Assembly (NCBI GenBank): GCA_029865265.1
Contig: JAOUHG010000001.1
Coordinates: 93,213-157,212 of the forward strand
DNA length: 64,000 nucleotides
Source of the DNA: Candidatus Krumholzibacteriia bacterium
Lineage (GTDB): Bacteria > Krumholzibacteriota > Krumholzibacteriia > WVZY01 > JAKEHA01
Direction: 5' to 3'
A program made the translations under genes and the position numbers. This document shows positions 9,834 through 20,131 of this stretch, piece after piece (within the stretch, counting starts at the first letter, position 1; every line of letters starts with the position of its first letter). The notes beneath the pieces are model-generated. The model made no database searches. It was given only the letters and a program-made list of their open reading frames with translations, and was not told the DNA's origin.

Positions 9834-10874
9834 GTGAATGATCGTTTCCTGAAAGCTTGCCGGCGACAGCCGGTCGACCGACCTCCCCTGTGGGTTATGC
9901 GCCAGGCGGGGCGCTATCTGCCGGAATACCGCGAACTCCGGCAACGGGTCGATTTCCTCACCCTGTGCAAGACCCCCGACCTCGCCGCCGAAGTCACGCT
10001 CCAGCCCATCCGCCGTTTTGGTTTCGACGCCGCCATCCTCTTCTCCGACATACTCATTCCGGTCGAGGCCATCGGCTGTCCGCTCAACTTCGATCCCGGG
10101 CCGCGGCTCGCGACGCCCATTCGCAGCCGCGCGCAGGTGGATGCCCTGTCCGCGGCGCCCATGGAAGAGGTCGTTCCCTATGTGGGGCAGGCACTGGCGC
10201 TGCTGCGCCGCGAGCTGGCGGGAAAGGTGCCGGTGATCGGTTTCTGCGGCGCGCCGTTCACGCTCGCCGCCTACATGGTGGAGGGCGAGGGACGCCAGGG
10301 CTTCGGCGAAGTGAAGAAGATGATGTTCCGCGAGCCCGCCACGCTGACCCATCTGCTCGAGAAACTCGCGGACGGGATGGCCGACTATCTCAACTTCCAG
10401 ATTCGCTCCGGCGCCCAGGCGTTACAGATTTTCGATTCGTGGGCGGGAATCCTTTCGCAGGCGGACTACCGCGCGTTTGCGCTCCCGGCTGTACAGCGGC
10501 TGGTCGGCCGTCTCGATCGCGGCGACGCCCCGCTGATCTACTTTGCCCCCGCCGCCGGCCATACGCTGGCCGACGCCGCGGCGACCGGCGCCGATGTGCT
10601 GGGCGTGTGCTGGCGCACGCCGATGGATCAGGCGCGCGCGATCACCGGCGGTAGCGTGGCGCTGCAGGGCAACCTCGACCCGCACGTGCTGTTCGCGTCG
10701 CCGGATGTGGTGCGCGAGAAGGCCGGCGCGGTACTGGACGCCGCGGGTCCGGCGCCCGGGCACATCATGAATCTCGGACACGGCATTCTGCCCGAGACAC
10801 CCATCGCGTCGGTGGAGGCGCTGGTGGAAACCGTAGCCGCGCGCGCCGCAGACTCCGTAAAGGACCGCGCATGA
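9834..10874 (+). CDS. hemE: uroporphyrinogen decarboxylase
   Basis: NDRFLKA...PVDRPPLWVMRQAGRYLPEY is the canonical HemE N-terminus. A GTG start is assumed at 9834; the ORF is open from 9795. Confidence 0.85.
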   Translation: MNDRFLKACRRQPVDRPPLWVMRQAGRYLPEYRELRQRVDFLTLCKTPDLAAEVTLQPIRRFGFDAAILFSDILIPVEAIGCPLNFDPGPRLATPIRSRAQVDALSAAPMEEVVPYVGQALALLRRELAGKVPVIGFCGAPFTLAAYMVEGEGRQGFGEVKKMMFREPATLTHLLEKLADGMADYLNFQIRSGAQALQIFDSWAGILSQADYRAFALPAVQRLVGRLDRGDAPLIYFAPAAGHTLADAAATGADVLGVCWRTPMDQARAITGGSVALQGNLDPHVLFASPDVVREKAGAVLDAAGPAPGHIMNLGHGILPETPIASVEALVETVAARAADSVKDRA

Positions 10875-12268
10875 GCGCGTCACCCGCACCCACCACCGCG
10901 GAACTGCTGGCCCGCTACGACAGGCCGGGACCGCGCTACACGTCTTATCCCACCGCGGTCGAGTTTCATCCCGGGTTCGCCGAAGCGGACTACCGCGAGC
11001 GGCTGGCCGCCGCGGATACGCAATCCGGACAGCCGCTGTCGATCTACGCGCACATGCCCTTCTGCGAGGAGCGTTGCTACTACTGCGGCTGCCACGTGGT
11101 CATCACCCGGCACCGCGACGTCGCGGCACGCTACCTCGACTACCTGGAGCGCGAGATTGCGCTGCTGGCCGAACACCTGCCCAACCGGCGCCGTGTTTCG
11201 CAGATGCACTGGGGCGGCGGCACGCCCACGTATTTTTCGCCGGAGCAACTGGAGCATGTGTTCCGCGCGTTCGCGGAGCGCTTCGAGTTCACGCCGGACG
11301 CCGAGATCAGCATCGAGGTGGATCCACGCGCCACGTCGCACGAGCATGTGAGCGTGCTGCGCGGGGCGGGGTTCAACCGCATCTCCCTGGGTGTGCAGGA
11401 CTTCGATCCCAAGGTGCAGGAGGCGGTCAACCGCGTGCAGAGCTACCAGATGACGCGGGCTCTGGTGGATCACGCGCGCACCGAGGGCTACGCCTCGGTC
11501 AACATCGACCTCATCTACGGCCTCCCGTACCAGAGTGTGGATGCGTTCCGCCACACGCTGGACGAGGTCATTGAAATGCGCCCCGAGCGGGTGGCGGCGT
11601 ATTCGTTTGCGTTCGTGCCCTGGATCAAGGGCCACATGAAGCACATCAGCAAGGACGCGCTCCCCGGCGCCACGCTCAAGCTGGAACTGCTGGGCCTCAC
11701 CATCGACGCCTTCACCGCCGCGGGCTACCGAACCATCGGGATGGATCACTTCGCGCTGCCCGGCGACGAACTCTCCCGCGCCATCGAGGGTCGCCGCCTG
11801 CACCGCAACTTCATGGGCTACACCGTGCAGAGCGCGCGCGACATGCTCGCGGTGGGCATTTCCGGCATCGGCGATGTGCAGGGCGCGTACGTCCAGAACG
11901 TCAAGAAGCTGCCTGCCTACTACCGCGCCCTGGACGAGAACCGCCTGCCGGTGGAACGCGGGGTGCGGCTGGACGAGGCCGACATCGTGCGCCGTCACGT
12001 CATCATGAATCTCATGTGCAACCTCTACCTCGACATTGCCGAGGTGGAGCAGAAATTCGGGTTGTCCTTCGCCGACACCTTCGCTCAGGAACTGTCCGAA
12101 CTCGATGGGCCGGGTTCACCGGTGGCGGACGGCCTGGTGCGCGTCACGCCGCAGGCCATCGAAGTGACGCCGCGCGGGCGTTTGTTCGTGCGCAACGTGT
12201 GCATGGTATTCGACCGCTACCTGCGCGGACGCTCGAGCGACAAGCCGGTCTTCAGCCGGACGGTATAG
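10871..12268 (+). CDS. hemN: oxygen-independent coproporphyrinogen-III oxidase (radical SAM)
   Basis: HemN-type N-terminus (RYDRPGPRYTSYPTA) and a CxxxCxxC radical-SAM motif (CEERCYYCGC); 465 aa. Its start overlaps the hemE stop (ATGA). Confidence 0.85.
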   Translation: MSASPAPTTAELLARYDRPGPRYTSYPTAVEFHPGFAEADYRERLAAADTQSGQPLSIYAHMPFCEERCYYCGCHVVITRHRDVAARYLDYLEREIALLAEHLPNRRRVSQMHWGGGTPTYFSPEQLEHVFRAFAERFEFTPDAEISIEVDPRATSHEHVSVLRGAGFNRISLGVQDFDPKVQEAVNRVQSYQMTRALVDHARTEGYASVNIDLIYGLPYQSVDAFRHTLDEVIEMRPERVAAYSFAFVPWIKGHMKHISKDALPGATLKLELLGLTIDAFTAAGYRTIGMDHFALPGDELSRAIEGRRLHRNFMGYTVQSARDMLAVGISGIGDVQGAYVQNVKKLPAYYRALDENRLPVERGVRLDEADIVRRHVIMNLMCNLYLDIAEVEQKFGLSFADTFAQELSELDGPGSPVADGLVRVTPQAIEVTPRGRLFVRNVCMVFDRYLRGRSSDKPVFSRTV

Positions 12269-12272
12269 GAAC

Positions 12273-13646
12273 ATGCGCATCGTCGTCATCGGGGCCGGCA
12301 TTACCGGGCTCACGTGTGCGGCGCACCTGCTGGAAGGCACGCGCGCGGCGGGTACGGATCTCACGCTCGACGTTCTGGAAGCACGGACCCGCACCGGCGG
12401 CCACGCCTGGACCGTGTACGAAGACGGCTTTCTGGTGGAGGGTGGCCCCAACGGATACCTGGACAAGGAGCGCGAACCGGAACCCGGGCGGCTGGTGCGC
12501 ATGCTCGGTCTCGAGTCGCGCGTCATCGAAGCCAATCCCGCCGCCAGGCGCCGATTCATACTTCGTGGGGGCAAGCTGCGCCTCGTCCCCGACGGCCCCG
12601 CCACCCTCATCAAGTCCGATGTCCTCTCCGCCGCGGGCAAACTGCGACTCATGATGGAACCGTGGGCGCGCAAGGCGCCGGCCGGCGAGGAGAGCGTTTT
12701 CCAGTTTGCCGAACGGCGCATCGGCCGCGAGGCAGCCGAGGTGCTGGTCGACGCCGCCGTGTCGGGAATTTCCGCCGGTGACAGCCGGGCGCTGTCGGTG
12801 GCATCGGCGTTTCCGATCATGAAGGAAATGGAGCGCGACCACGGAAGCCTGGTGCGCGCCATGATGGCGCGCCGCGGCCAGAAGCCGGCGCGGCTGGTGA
12901 GTTTCGACGGTGGCATGGAGGTGCTCATCGGCGCGCTGCGCGATCGCTGCGGTGCGAGTGTCCGGGTGGGCGTCGCCGTGCGGGGAATCGCAAACGACGG
13001 AGGGCAGTGGCACGTGGCGCTGGAGGACGGGACGGCGATTGCGGCGGACCGCGTGGTGCTCGCGCTTCCGGCCCGGGAGGCGACGCGTCTGGTGGACGCC
13101 CTGGACGCCGAACTCGCGCGGACCCTGGCCGCGTTCCCGTATTCCAGCCTGGCGGTGGTGGCGCTCGCGTACCACGCCTCGCACACCGGGCCACTCGAAG
13201 GTTACGGCTATCTCATCCCTGCGTTCGAGGATCTGCAGTCCATCGGGGTGCTGTGGGAGTCGTCCGTGTTCGCGGGACGCGCCCCCGAGGGGCACGCACT
13301 GCTGCGCATCATGATAGGCGGCGCGCGGCGGCCCGAAATCGCATCGCTCGAACCAGAGGAACTTGAACGACGCGCACGCGAGGAACTCGCGCGCGTCATG
13401 GGAATCACCGCGCCGCCCCTGCGCAGTTGGGTCCGGCGCTGGCCGCACGCCATCGCCCAGTACGATTTCGGGCACGCGGACCGGCTGCGTGAGGCGCGCG
13501 CGTGCGCGGCACGGCACCCCGGACTCGAGTTGTGCGGCAGTTCCTACGACGGAATCGCGTTCGGCGCGTCCATCGCATCCGGCGCCGCAGCCGCGCACCG
13601 GATACTGGCGGGGCTGGGTGTGGACACGGTGGCGGGTGTGGCATGA
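12273..13646 (+). CDS. hemY: protoporphyrinogen oxidase, FAD-dependent (HemY/PPOX family)
   Basis: N-terminal GxGxxG FAD fold (IVVIGAGITGL) and a 457-aa amine-oxidase-like protein sitting between hemN and a ferrochelatase-like gene. Confidence 0.8.
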   Translation: MRIVVIGAGITGLTCAAHLLEGTRAAGTDLTLDVLEARTRTGGHAWTVYEDGFLVEGGPNGYLDKEREPEPGRLVRMLGLESRVIEANPAARRRFILRGGKLRLVPDGPATLIKSDVLSAAGKLRLMMEPWARKAPAGEESVFQFAERRIGREAAEVLVDAAVSGISAGDSRALSVASAFPIMKEMERDHGSLVRAMMARRGQKPARLVSFDGGMEVLIGALRDRCGASVRVGVAVRGIANDGGQWHVALEDGTAIAADRVVLALPAREATRLVDALDAELARTLAAFPYSSLAVVALAYHASHTGPLEGYGYLIPAFEDLQSIGVLWESSVFAGRAPEGHALLRIMIGGARRPEIASLEPEELERRAREELARVMGITAPPLRSWVRRWPHAIAQYDFGHADRLREARACAARHPGLELCGSSYDGIAFGASIASGAAAAHRILAGLGVDTVAGVA

Positions 13647-14626
13647 CGGTGCGGCACGTCATTCTGCTGACCTACGGCGAGCCGCCGTCGCCCGACTACG
13701 GTGCGCAGCTCAAGTACTCGTGGCGTATCCTGCTGGGACTCACCCGGACCGTCGCGCCGATTCCGCGCCCCGTGCTCCCGATCATCGCGCTGGCGCGTGC
13801 GCGCTCGCGTCGCAGCCTGTGGCGTACGGAAGGCTACGCCTCGCCGCTGGAAGAGATTACCCGGGCGCAGGCCGGCGCACTGGAACGCGCCCTGGCCGAG
13901 AAGGGCGACGGCAGCGACTGGCGGGTGCACGTGGCATACGAGTTCCGCGATCCGTTGCTTACGGACGTGCTGGATGGTATCCCGGCCGGCGAAGCGGTGG
14001 ACGTGGTTCCGATGTACGTGGCGGATTCGTCCTTCACGCACGGCATCTCGCGCATGACGTTGCGCGACTGGGAGCGCCGCCGCGCTGCGCGCCCGGCGCC
14101 GGTGCGCGTGGTTCCACCGGTCGAGGAAGCGGACTTCGCCGCCATTGCTGCGGGTTTTGTGGAGCGCCGGCTCGACGAGAAGGGGATCGGCGGTCCGGAC
14201 TGGGCGCTGGTGCTGGCCGCGCACGGAACGCTGCTCGACCCGCGTCCGGGAATCGAGACCGGCCGCGCGGCCACCGAGTGCGTCGCGGCGGGGATCTCCC
14301 AGCGCCTCGCGGGGCGCTTCGGAATGGTCATCAACGCCTGGCTCAACCACAAGTTCGGTGGCCGCTGGACCGAACCGCCGGTGGAGGACGCGCTGGCCCG
14401 GGTGGCCGCGGCCGGGTACCAACGGGTGGTTTACGTCCCCTTCGGGTTCTACTCGGACAACGCGGAAAGCGAGCTCGAGGGCCGCATTGCCCTCCGCGGG
14501 CAGGCGTGGAAGGAGGCCGTCCACCTTCCCTGCCTCAACGAGGACCCCACCCTGGCCGAGGCGCTGGCCCGCCGCATTGCCGGCCGGCCGCCTGTATCTG
14601 TAACTGTCAATAAAGAAACAGGTTGA
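13643..14626 (+). CDS. hemH: ferrochelatase-like protein
   Basis: Start overlaps the hemY stop (ATGA). The N-terminus (VILLTYGEPPSP) matches the ferrochelatase fold in size (~327 aa), and the gene is positioned last in the hemE-N-Y operon. Family assignment is less certain than for the neighbouring genes. Confidence 0.55.
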   Translation: MTVRHVILLTYGEPPSPDYGAQLKYSWRILLGLTRTVAPIPRPVLPIIALARARSRRSLWRTEGYASPLEEITRAQAGALERALAEKGDGSDWRVHVAYEFRDPLLTDVLDGIPAGEAVDVVPMYVADSSFTHGISRMTLRDWERRRAARPAPVRVVPPVEEADFAAIAAGFVERRLDEKGIGGPDWALVLAAHGTLLDPRPGIETGRAATECVAAGISQRLAGRFGMVINAWLNHKFGGRWTEPPVEDALARVAAAGYQRVVYVPFGFYSDNAESELEGRIALRGQAWKEAVHLPCLNEDPTLAEALARRIAGRPPVSVTVNKETG

Positions 14627-14784
14627 CCGGATTCCCGGCCCCCGGGGCGCGCAAAAAATTTTTCCCGAACTTAGCTACGAATTTCACAAACGGGTAGACT
14701 TAGATAGTTTTGCTGCTATACTTGAATTACGGACTAACAACTCCCTTATTGTTATCCAACGTCTAAACAGGGTGGCATTCCAAC
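14627..14784 (+). promoter_or_regulatory. AT-rich intergenic island upstream of hemA (putative promoter or regulatory region)
   Basis: 158-nt stretch with GC far below the ~68% background. It contains A/T runs, TTGAAT and TATACT hexamers and a CTTAG...CTTAGATAG direct repeat. Confidence 0.4.
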
Positions 14785-16071
14785 ATGGTTAAACAAATCG
14801 TCTGTGTCGGGATCACGCACCGTACGGCGCCCGTCGAATACCGCGAGAAGTTTGACGGCAACCTCCCCGAGCGCTGCGGACAACTGCTGCCGCAGTTCCG
14901 CAAGGCGGATGCGCGCGACGGCGCGGCGCTGGATGAACTGGCGGTTCTTTCCACCTGCAATCGCGTTGAGTTCTTCGCGAAACTCTCCGGCGGTGCACCC
15001 GAGGATGCGCGGCGCGTCTTCGAGTTCCTCTCCGCTGCAACTGGTTTCAACCCCGACGACCTTGCGTCTCACGCCATCGTGCTGTGGGGACAGGATGCGA
15101 TTCGTCATCTGTGCAGGGTCGCTGCCGGGCTCGATTCACTGGTTCTGGGTGAACCGCAGATCCTCGGCCAGGTCTCCGACGCACTCGAGGTTGCCGACAC
15201 CCAAAAGACCGCCGGCCCCTCGCTGCACCGCGTGTTCCGGCGTGCCATTCGTTCGGGACGCCGCGCACGCAGTGAAACCGCCATCGGGCTAAATCCGGCC
15301 AGCGCGAGTTCGGTTGCCGTGTCACTCGCGCAGAGCGTGGTGGGGTCGTTGCGCGACCGGCGCGTCATGGTGCTGGGTCTGGGCGACATGGGATCGATCG
15401 CCGTCAAGGCGCTGCGCTCACGACAGGTCCGCGAAATCGCCATTGCCAACCGAACGCGCGAGCGTGCGGACGAAGTGGCCGTGCGCTGGGGGTGCCGGAC
15501 CTTCTCCATGGATGATCTGCCGGCGGCCATCGAATGGGCCGACGTGGTCATCAGCACCACGCGATGTCCGCACGTGATGGTGGACGCAGAAACGGTGGCA
15601 AGGGCAATGAAGGCGCGCGAACGCCGTCCGCTCGTGTTCGTGGATGTGGCCGTGCCGCGCGATGTCGATCCGGAGGTCAGGAAGATCCCCGGCGTGTTCC
15701 TGTTCGATGCCGACGATCTCGGCGGGCGTCTGGACGAGGGGCTCGCCGCGCGCCAGCAGGAGGTTCCAAAGGTTGAGGCCATCATCGAACAGGAACTCAC
15801 CTACATGGTGAAGGATCTGCGCGAACTCGAGGTGGAGCCGATCATCGAAGACATGCGCCGGCGCGCCGAGATGATCCGGCGCCGCGAGATCGAAAACGTC
15901 ATCGAGCGCATGGGCAACCCGGATCCGAACACGCGCGAACACCTCCACCTGCTTTCGCGCTCCATCGTCGACAACCTGCTGCGCGAACCGACGGTGCGCC
16001 TGAAGCAGATCGTCCAGGAGGACGACTGGAGTCAGCACGCCGGGGTGGTGCACGACCTCTTCGGGCACTGA
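14785..16071 (+). CDS. hemA: glutamyl-tRNA reductase
   Basis: N-terminus VCVGITHRTAPVEYREKF, a catalytic-Cys region (LSTCNRVEF) and an NADPH-binding GLGDMG motif. Confidence 0.85.
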   Translation: MVKQIVCVGITHRTAPVEYREKFDGNLPERCGQLLPQFRKADARDGAALDELAVLSTCNRVEFFAKLSGGAPEDARRVFEFLSAATGFNPDDLASHAIVLWGQDAIRHLCRVAAGLDSLVLGEPQILGQVSDALEVADTQKTAGPSLHRVFRRAIRSGRRARSETAIGLNPASASSVAVSLAQSVVGSLRDRRVMVLGLGDMGSIAVKALRSRQVREIAIANRTRERADEVAVRWGCRTFSMDDLPAAIEWADVVISTTRCPHVMVDAETVARAMKARERRPLVFVDVAVPRDVDPEVRKIPGVFLFDADDLGGRLDEGLAARQQEVPKVEAIIEQELTYMVKDLRELEVEPIIEDMRRRAEMIRRREIENVIERMGNPDPNTREHLHLLSRSIVDNLLREPTVRLKQIVQEDDWSQHAGVVHDLFGH

Positions 16072-16083
16072 CGGGGGTGTTTC

Positions 16084-17787
16084 ATGCGGCCGCGCCTCAA
16101 GAATCATCTCGTCGTGGGATCGCGAAAATCCGCGCTCGCGATGTGGCAGACCCATCATATCGTCGATTGTCTGAAGCGGTGCTGGCCGGATCTCTCCATT
16201 GAGATTCGGACCTACGTGACCGAGGGCGACCGCAACCTCGAGTCCGCCCTGCCCGAAATCGGAGGCAAGGGCGTCTTCACCGAGCAACTCGAACGCGCGC
16301 TCGAACTGCGAGAGATCGACCTTGCCGTGCACTCGCTCAAGGATCTGCCGGTGGAGTCCGGGACCGCCTTCACCATCGGCGCCATCGCCAGCCGCTCAGA
16401 CGTGCGTGATTGCGTCGTGGCTCGCAACGGATGGACCCTGGATACGCTGCCGCGCGGCGCGGTGGTGGGAACCAGCAGCATCCGGCGGCAGGCACAACTG
16501 CTGGCGCTGCGGCCGGACGTCACCGTGAAGCCCATTCGCGGCAAGGTGGAAACACGGGTGCGCAAGGTTCTCGAGGGACAGTACGACGCCGCCATCCTCG
16601 CCGCCACCGGGCTCGTGCGCCTGGACCTCGGCGGCCACATCACCCAGTTCCTGGACGCGGCCGTCTTTCTGCCCGCACCCGGTCAGGGTGCGCTGGGTGT
16701 GCAGTGTCGTGCGGGCGACGGGGAAACCCTGCAGCTTCTGGCCGCAATTGACGAGCCCGGGCTGCGCACCGCCGTCACCGCCGAGCGCGTGTTTCTACAG
16801 CGGCTGGGTGGCGGCTGTTCGGCGCCCATCGCCGCATACGCGGTGGCAAGCGGACAAGCGGTGCGAATGCTCGGCCTGGTGGGATCGCCGGACGGCGCCC
16901 GCATCGTGCGTGTGGAGGGCGAGGGGGTGGACGCAGACCAACTGGCGGCGAAGCTTGCGGAACGTGCGCTGGAGGACGGCGCCCGCGCCATCCTGGATTC
17001 CTTTCGCGCGGCATATCCGGCGGATACCACGCCGGCCCTGCGTGGACGCCGCGTGGTGGTGACGCGGCCACGTGAACAGGCCGCGGAGTTGTGTATGCGG
17101 TTGCAGGATCTGGGCGCGGTGCCCATCTGCGCACCTGCCATCCGTATCGAACACATGGCGGATCCCGCGCCAATGGAAGACGCGATTCGACGAATCGATT
17201 CCTTTGACTGGGTGGTGTTCACCAGCGCCAACGCCGTCGAGGTATTCTGCGAACGCTGCAGCAAGTTCGCGGCGAAGGTGGCGGCCATCGGGACCGCGAC
17301 GGCCCGCGCGCTGCGGGAGCGTGGCATTGAACCCGACTTCATGCCGGAGCAGTTCGTGGGTGACGCACTTGCCCGCGACCTTCCCCTCCAACCCGGGCAG
17401 CGCGTGCTGTTGCCGCGGGCGGAGATCGCGCGCAGGGAAACGGCGGAACTGCTGGAGCGCCGCGGCGCGCAGGTCACGGATCTGCCGGTTTATCGAACCG
17501 TTTCCGAGTCGATCAGTGCCGGCGTGATGGACGAAATGCGCCAGGGCGTCGACGCAATCCTCTTTACCAGTGAATCCACCGTCAGGTCCTTCCTGGAAGC
17601 AGTGCGGACACAGTTGCCCGGCTCCGCGCTCACCGAGCGCGCGTGCATCGCGTGCATCGGTCCGGTGACGGCACGTGCCGCGCGCGAACTTGGACTGCGC
17701 GTGGACGCGGTGGCCTCGGTTTACACAACCACAGGTCTTGTGGAATCTCTTACCGAAGCGTTCTTGAAAGGCGGTGCTCTCCGATGA
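16084..17787 (+). CDS. hemC/hemD: fused porphobilinogen deaminase / uroporphyrinogen-III synthase
   Basis: N-terminal ~300 aa are HemC (GSRKSALAMWQT, dipyrromethane-cofactor region). C-terminal ~250 aa are HemD-like (RVVVTRPREQAAEL...VVFTSANAV...ILFTSESTV). The whole is a single 567-aa ORF. Confidence 0.8.
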   Translation: MRPRLKNHLVVGSRKSALAMWQTHHIVDCLKRCWPDLSIEIRTYVTEGDRNLESALPEIGGKGVFTEQLERALELREIDLAVHSLKDLPVESGTAFTIGAIASRSDVRDCVVARNGWTLDTLPRGAVVGTSSIRRQAQLLALRPDVTVKPIRGKVETRVRKVLEGQYDAAILAATGLVRLDLGGHITQFLDAAVFLPAPGQGALGVQCRAGDGETLQLLAAIDEPGLRTAVTAERVFLQRLGGGCSAPIAAYAVASGQAVRMLGLVGSPDGARIVRVEGEGVDADQLAAKLAERALEDGARAILDSFRAAYPADTTPALRGRRVVVTRPREQAAELCMRLQDLGAVPICAPAIRIEHMADPAPMEDAIRRIDSFDWVVFTSANAVEVFCERCSKFAAKVAAIGTATARALRERGIEPDFMPEQFVGDALARDLPLQPGQRVLLPRAEIARRETAELLERRGAQVTDLPVYRTVSESISAGVMDEMRQGVDAILFTSESTVRSFLEAVRTQLPGSALTERACIACIGPVTARAARELGLRVDAVASVYTTTGLVESLTEAFLKGGALR

Positions 17788-18830
17788 TCAACGACATGCT
17801 GACCACCAGAAAAGCCAGTGCGCGCGTGATGACGCGCCGCGAACGACGCCTGCGCGCCACACCATCGTTGCGACGCATGGTGCGCGAAACCAGCGTGACC
17901 GCGGACGATTTCGTGTATCCGCTCTTTGTTACCCACGGGCGTGAGGTGAGAAAGCCCATCGGTTCCATGCCCGGGGTCTTCCAGTTGTCCGTGGACGAGG
18001 CGGTGCGCGAGGCGGAGAACGCCGCCCGAGTCGGCGTGCCGTCGGTGCTGCTCTTCGGAATTCCCGCTCACAAGGATCCAGTCGGCGAGGAGAATTTTGC
18101 CGAGGATGGCATCGTGCAACAGGCGGTGCGGGCCATCAAGCACGCGGTGCCCGAGATGGTGGTCGTGACCGACGTCTGCATGTGCGAGTACACCGACCAC
18201 GGCCACTGCGGCATCCTCAACATGGGTGGCGAGCAGCGCGCGCATGCCTCGTTGCCGGAAGGGTTCCTGTTGAATGACGAAACGCTGGAGATCCTGGATC
18301 GCGTGGCGTTGTCGCACGCGGCGGCCGGCGCGGACGTGGTGGCGCCGAGCGGGATGATCGACGGCATGGTGGACAGCATCCGCACCGCACTGGACACGGC
18401 CGACTTCAACAACGTGGCCATCATGTCGTACTCGGTCAAGTACGCATCGTCGTTCTATGGCCCCTTCCGCGACGCGGCTGAGGGCGCGCCCAAGTTCGGG
18501 GATCGCAAGACGCACCAGATGGATCCCGGCAACGCGCGCGAGGCGTTGCGCGAAGCCGAGCGCGATATCGAAGAGGGCGCCGACTTCCTGATGGTCAAAC
18601 CTGCGCTGGCCTACCTGGATGTGATCCGTATGCTGCGAGACCGCTTCGAGGGCTACCCGATTGCGGCCTACAACGTGAGCGGGGAGTACTCGATGATCAA
18701 GGCCGCGGCGGCGAATGGCTGGATGGACGAGCAGAAGGCGGTCATGGAGACACTCACCGCCATCAAGCGTGCCGGCGCGGATGTCATCATTTCCTACCAT
18801 GCAAAGGACGTGGCTGAATGGCTTCGCTGA
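17784..18830 (+). CDS. hemB: porphobilinogen synthase (delta-aminolevulinate dehydratase)
   Basis: [17 protein letters not shown]...FVYPLFV N-terminus, a metal-binding Cys cluster ([14 protein letters not shown]) and an active-site Lys region. Start overlaps the hemC/D stop. Confidence 0.85.
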   Translation: MINDMLTTRKASARVMTRRERRLRATPSLRRMVRETSVTADDFVYPLFVTHGREVRKPIGSMPGVFQLSVDEAVREAENAARVGVPSVLLFGIPAHKDPVGEENFAEDGIVQQAVRAIKHAVPEMVVVTDVCMCEYTDHGHCGILNMGGEQRAHASLPEGFLLNDETLEILDRVALSHAAAGADVVAPSGMIDGMVDSIRTALDTADFNNVAIMSYSVKYASSFYGPFRDAAEGAPKFGDRKTHQMDPGNAREALREAERDIEEGADFLMVKPALAYLDVIRMLRDRFEGYPIAAYNVSGEYSMIKAAAANGWMDEQKAVMETLTAIKRAGADVIISYHAKDVAEWLR

Positions 18831-20131
18831 CCGGAAACCGCGCCCGGAACACGGCGCGCTCCGAGACACTGTTCGCCGAGGCCATGACGCTGCTGCCCGG
18901 CGGGGTGAGTTCGCCCGTGCGTGCCTTCAAGGCGGTGGGCGGCAAGCCGCTGTTCATCGATCGCGGCGAGGGCGCCTACCTGGTGGACGTGGACGGCAAT
19001 CGCTACATCGACTACGTGCTCTCCTGGGGACCGCTCATCCTGGGCCACGCGCACCCGCGGGTGGTGGAGGCCATCCGCGAAACGGCGGGGCGCGGCACCA
19101 GTTTCGGCGCGCCGAGCCCGCTGGAAGTGGATCTCGCCCGCCGCATCACCGCCATGATGCCCAACGTCGAGCTGTTGCGTTTCGTCAATTCCGGAACGGA
19201 GGCGGCCATGTCCGCCATCCGCCTGGCGCGGGCCGCCACCGGCCGCGGCAAGGTGGTCAAGTTTCAGGGCGCCTATCACGGTCACGCGGACATGCTGCTG
19301 GTGCAGGCCGGGTCCGGGGCGGCCACGCTCGGGCTTCCCGATTCGCCGGGCGTCACGCGCGGTGCGGTATCGGACACGCTGATCGCGTCCTACAACGACA
19401 TCGAATCCGTGCGCGCCCTGTTCAAGGCGTTCCCGGAAGACGTGGCCGCGGTGATCGTCGAACCGGTGGTGGGGAACATGGGGCTGGTGCCGCCCCGCGA
19501 CGGGTTCCTGGCGGAACTGCGCGCGGTGACGGAGGAGTTCGGTTCTCTGTTGATCTTCGACGAGGTCATGACGGGTTTTCGTGTTCACCCCGGTGGCGCG
19601 CAGGCGCTGTACGGCATTCGTCCGGACCTCACCGTCCTGGGCAAGGTGGTGGGTGGTGGATTGCCGGTCGGTGTATACGGCGGGCGCCGCGACATCATGG
19701 AACTCGTTGCGCCGCAGGGACCGGTGTACCAGGCGGGAACGCTATCCGGCAATCCGCTGGCGATGGCGGCCGGGATCGCCGCGCTCGACGTGCTGCGTGA
19801 CCCATCGGCGTGGCAGAAGCTGCACCGCGCGGGCGACCGGCTGGTGGAAGGGCTCGGTGCGGCGGCGGCGGAAGCCGGCGTGCCGGTGCAGTGCCGCCGC
19901 GTGGGTGCAATGCTCGGGTTGTTCTTCGCCAAGAACCCGGTGACGGACTGGGAGAGCGCGGCCCGTTCGGATACCGCCCGCTTTGCGACCTATCACACGG
20001 CGATGCTCGATCGTGGCGTGTATCTTCCACCTTCGCAATTCGAAGCCGCGTTTCTCTCCACCGCACACGGTGAGGTGGAAATTGCGCGAACCCTCAATGC
20101 GGCGCGGGAAGCTTTTCGTCTCTGTCGTTAG
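18818..20131 (+). CDS. hemL: glutamate-1-semialdehyde 2,1-aminomutase
   Basis: [12 protein letters not shown] motif and the class-III aminotransferase fold with a PLP Lys region ([11 protein letters not shown]). Start overlaps the hemB stop. Confidence 0.85.
   Translation: MASLTGNRARNTARSETLFAEAMTLLPGGVSSPVRAFKAVGGKPLFIDRGEGAYLVDVDGNRYIDYVLSWGPLILGHAHPRVVEAIRETAGRGTSFGAPSPLEVDLARRITAMMPNVELLRFVNSGTEAAMSAIRLARAATGRGKVVKFQGAYHGHADMLLVQAGSGAATLGLPDSPGVTRGAVSDTLIASYNDIESVRALFKAFPEDVAAVIVEPVVGNMGLVPPRDGFLAELRAVTEEFGSLLIFDEVMTGFRVHPGGAQALYGIRPDLTVLGKVVGGGLPVGVYGGRRDIMELVAPQGPVYQAGTLSGNPLAMAAGIAALDVLRDPSAWQKLHRAGDRLVEGLGAAAAEAGVPVQCRRVGAMLGLFFAKNPVTDWESAARSDTARFATYHTAMLDRGVYLPPSQFEAAFLSTAHGEVEIARTLNAAREAFRLCR

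Noticed and set aside
12273-13646. Considered calling this gene hemG (menaquinone-dependent flavodoxin-like protoporphyrinogen oxidase).
   Set aside because: It is 457 aa with an N-terminal GxGxxG FAD Rossmann and amine-oxidase architecture. That is the HemY/PPOX type, not the ~180-aa flavodoxin-like HemG.
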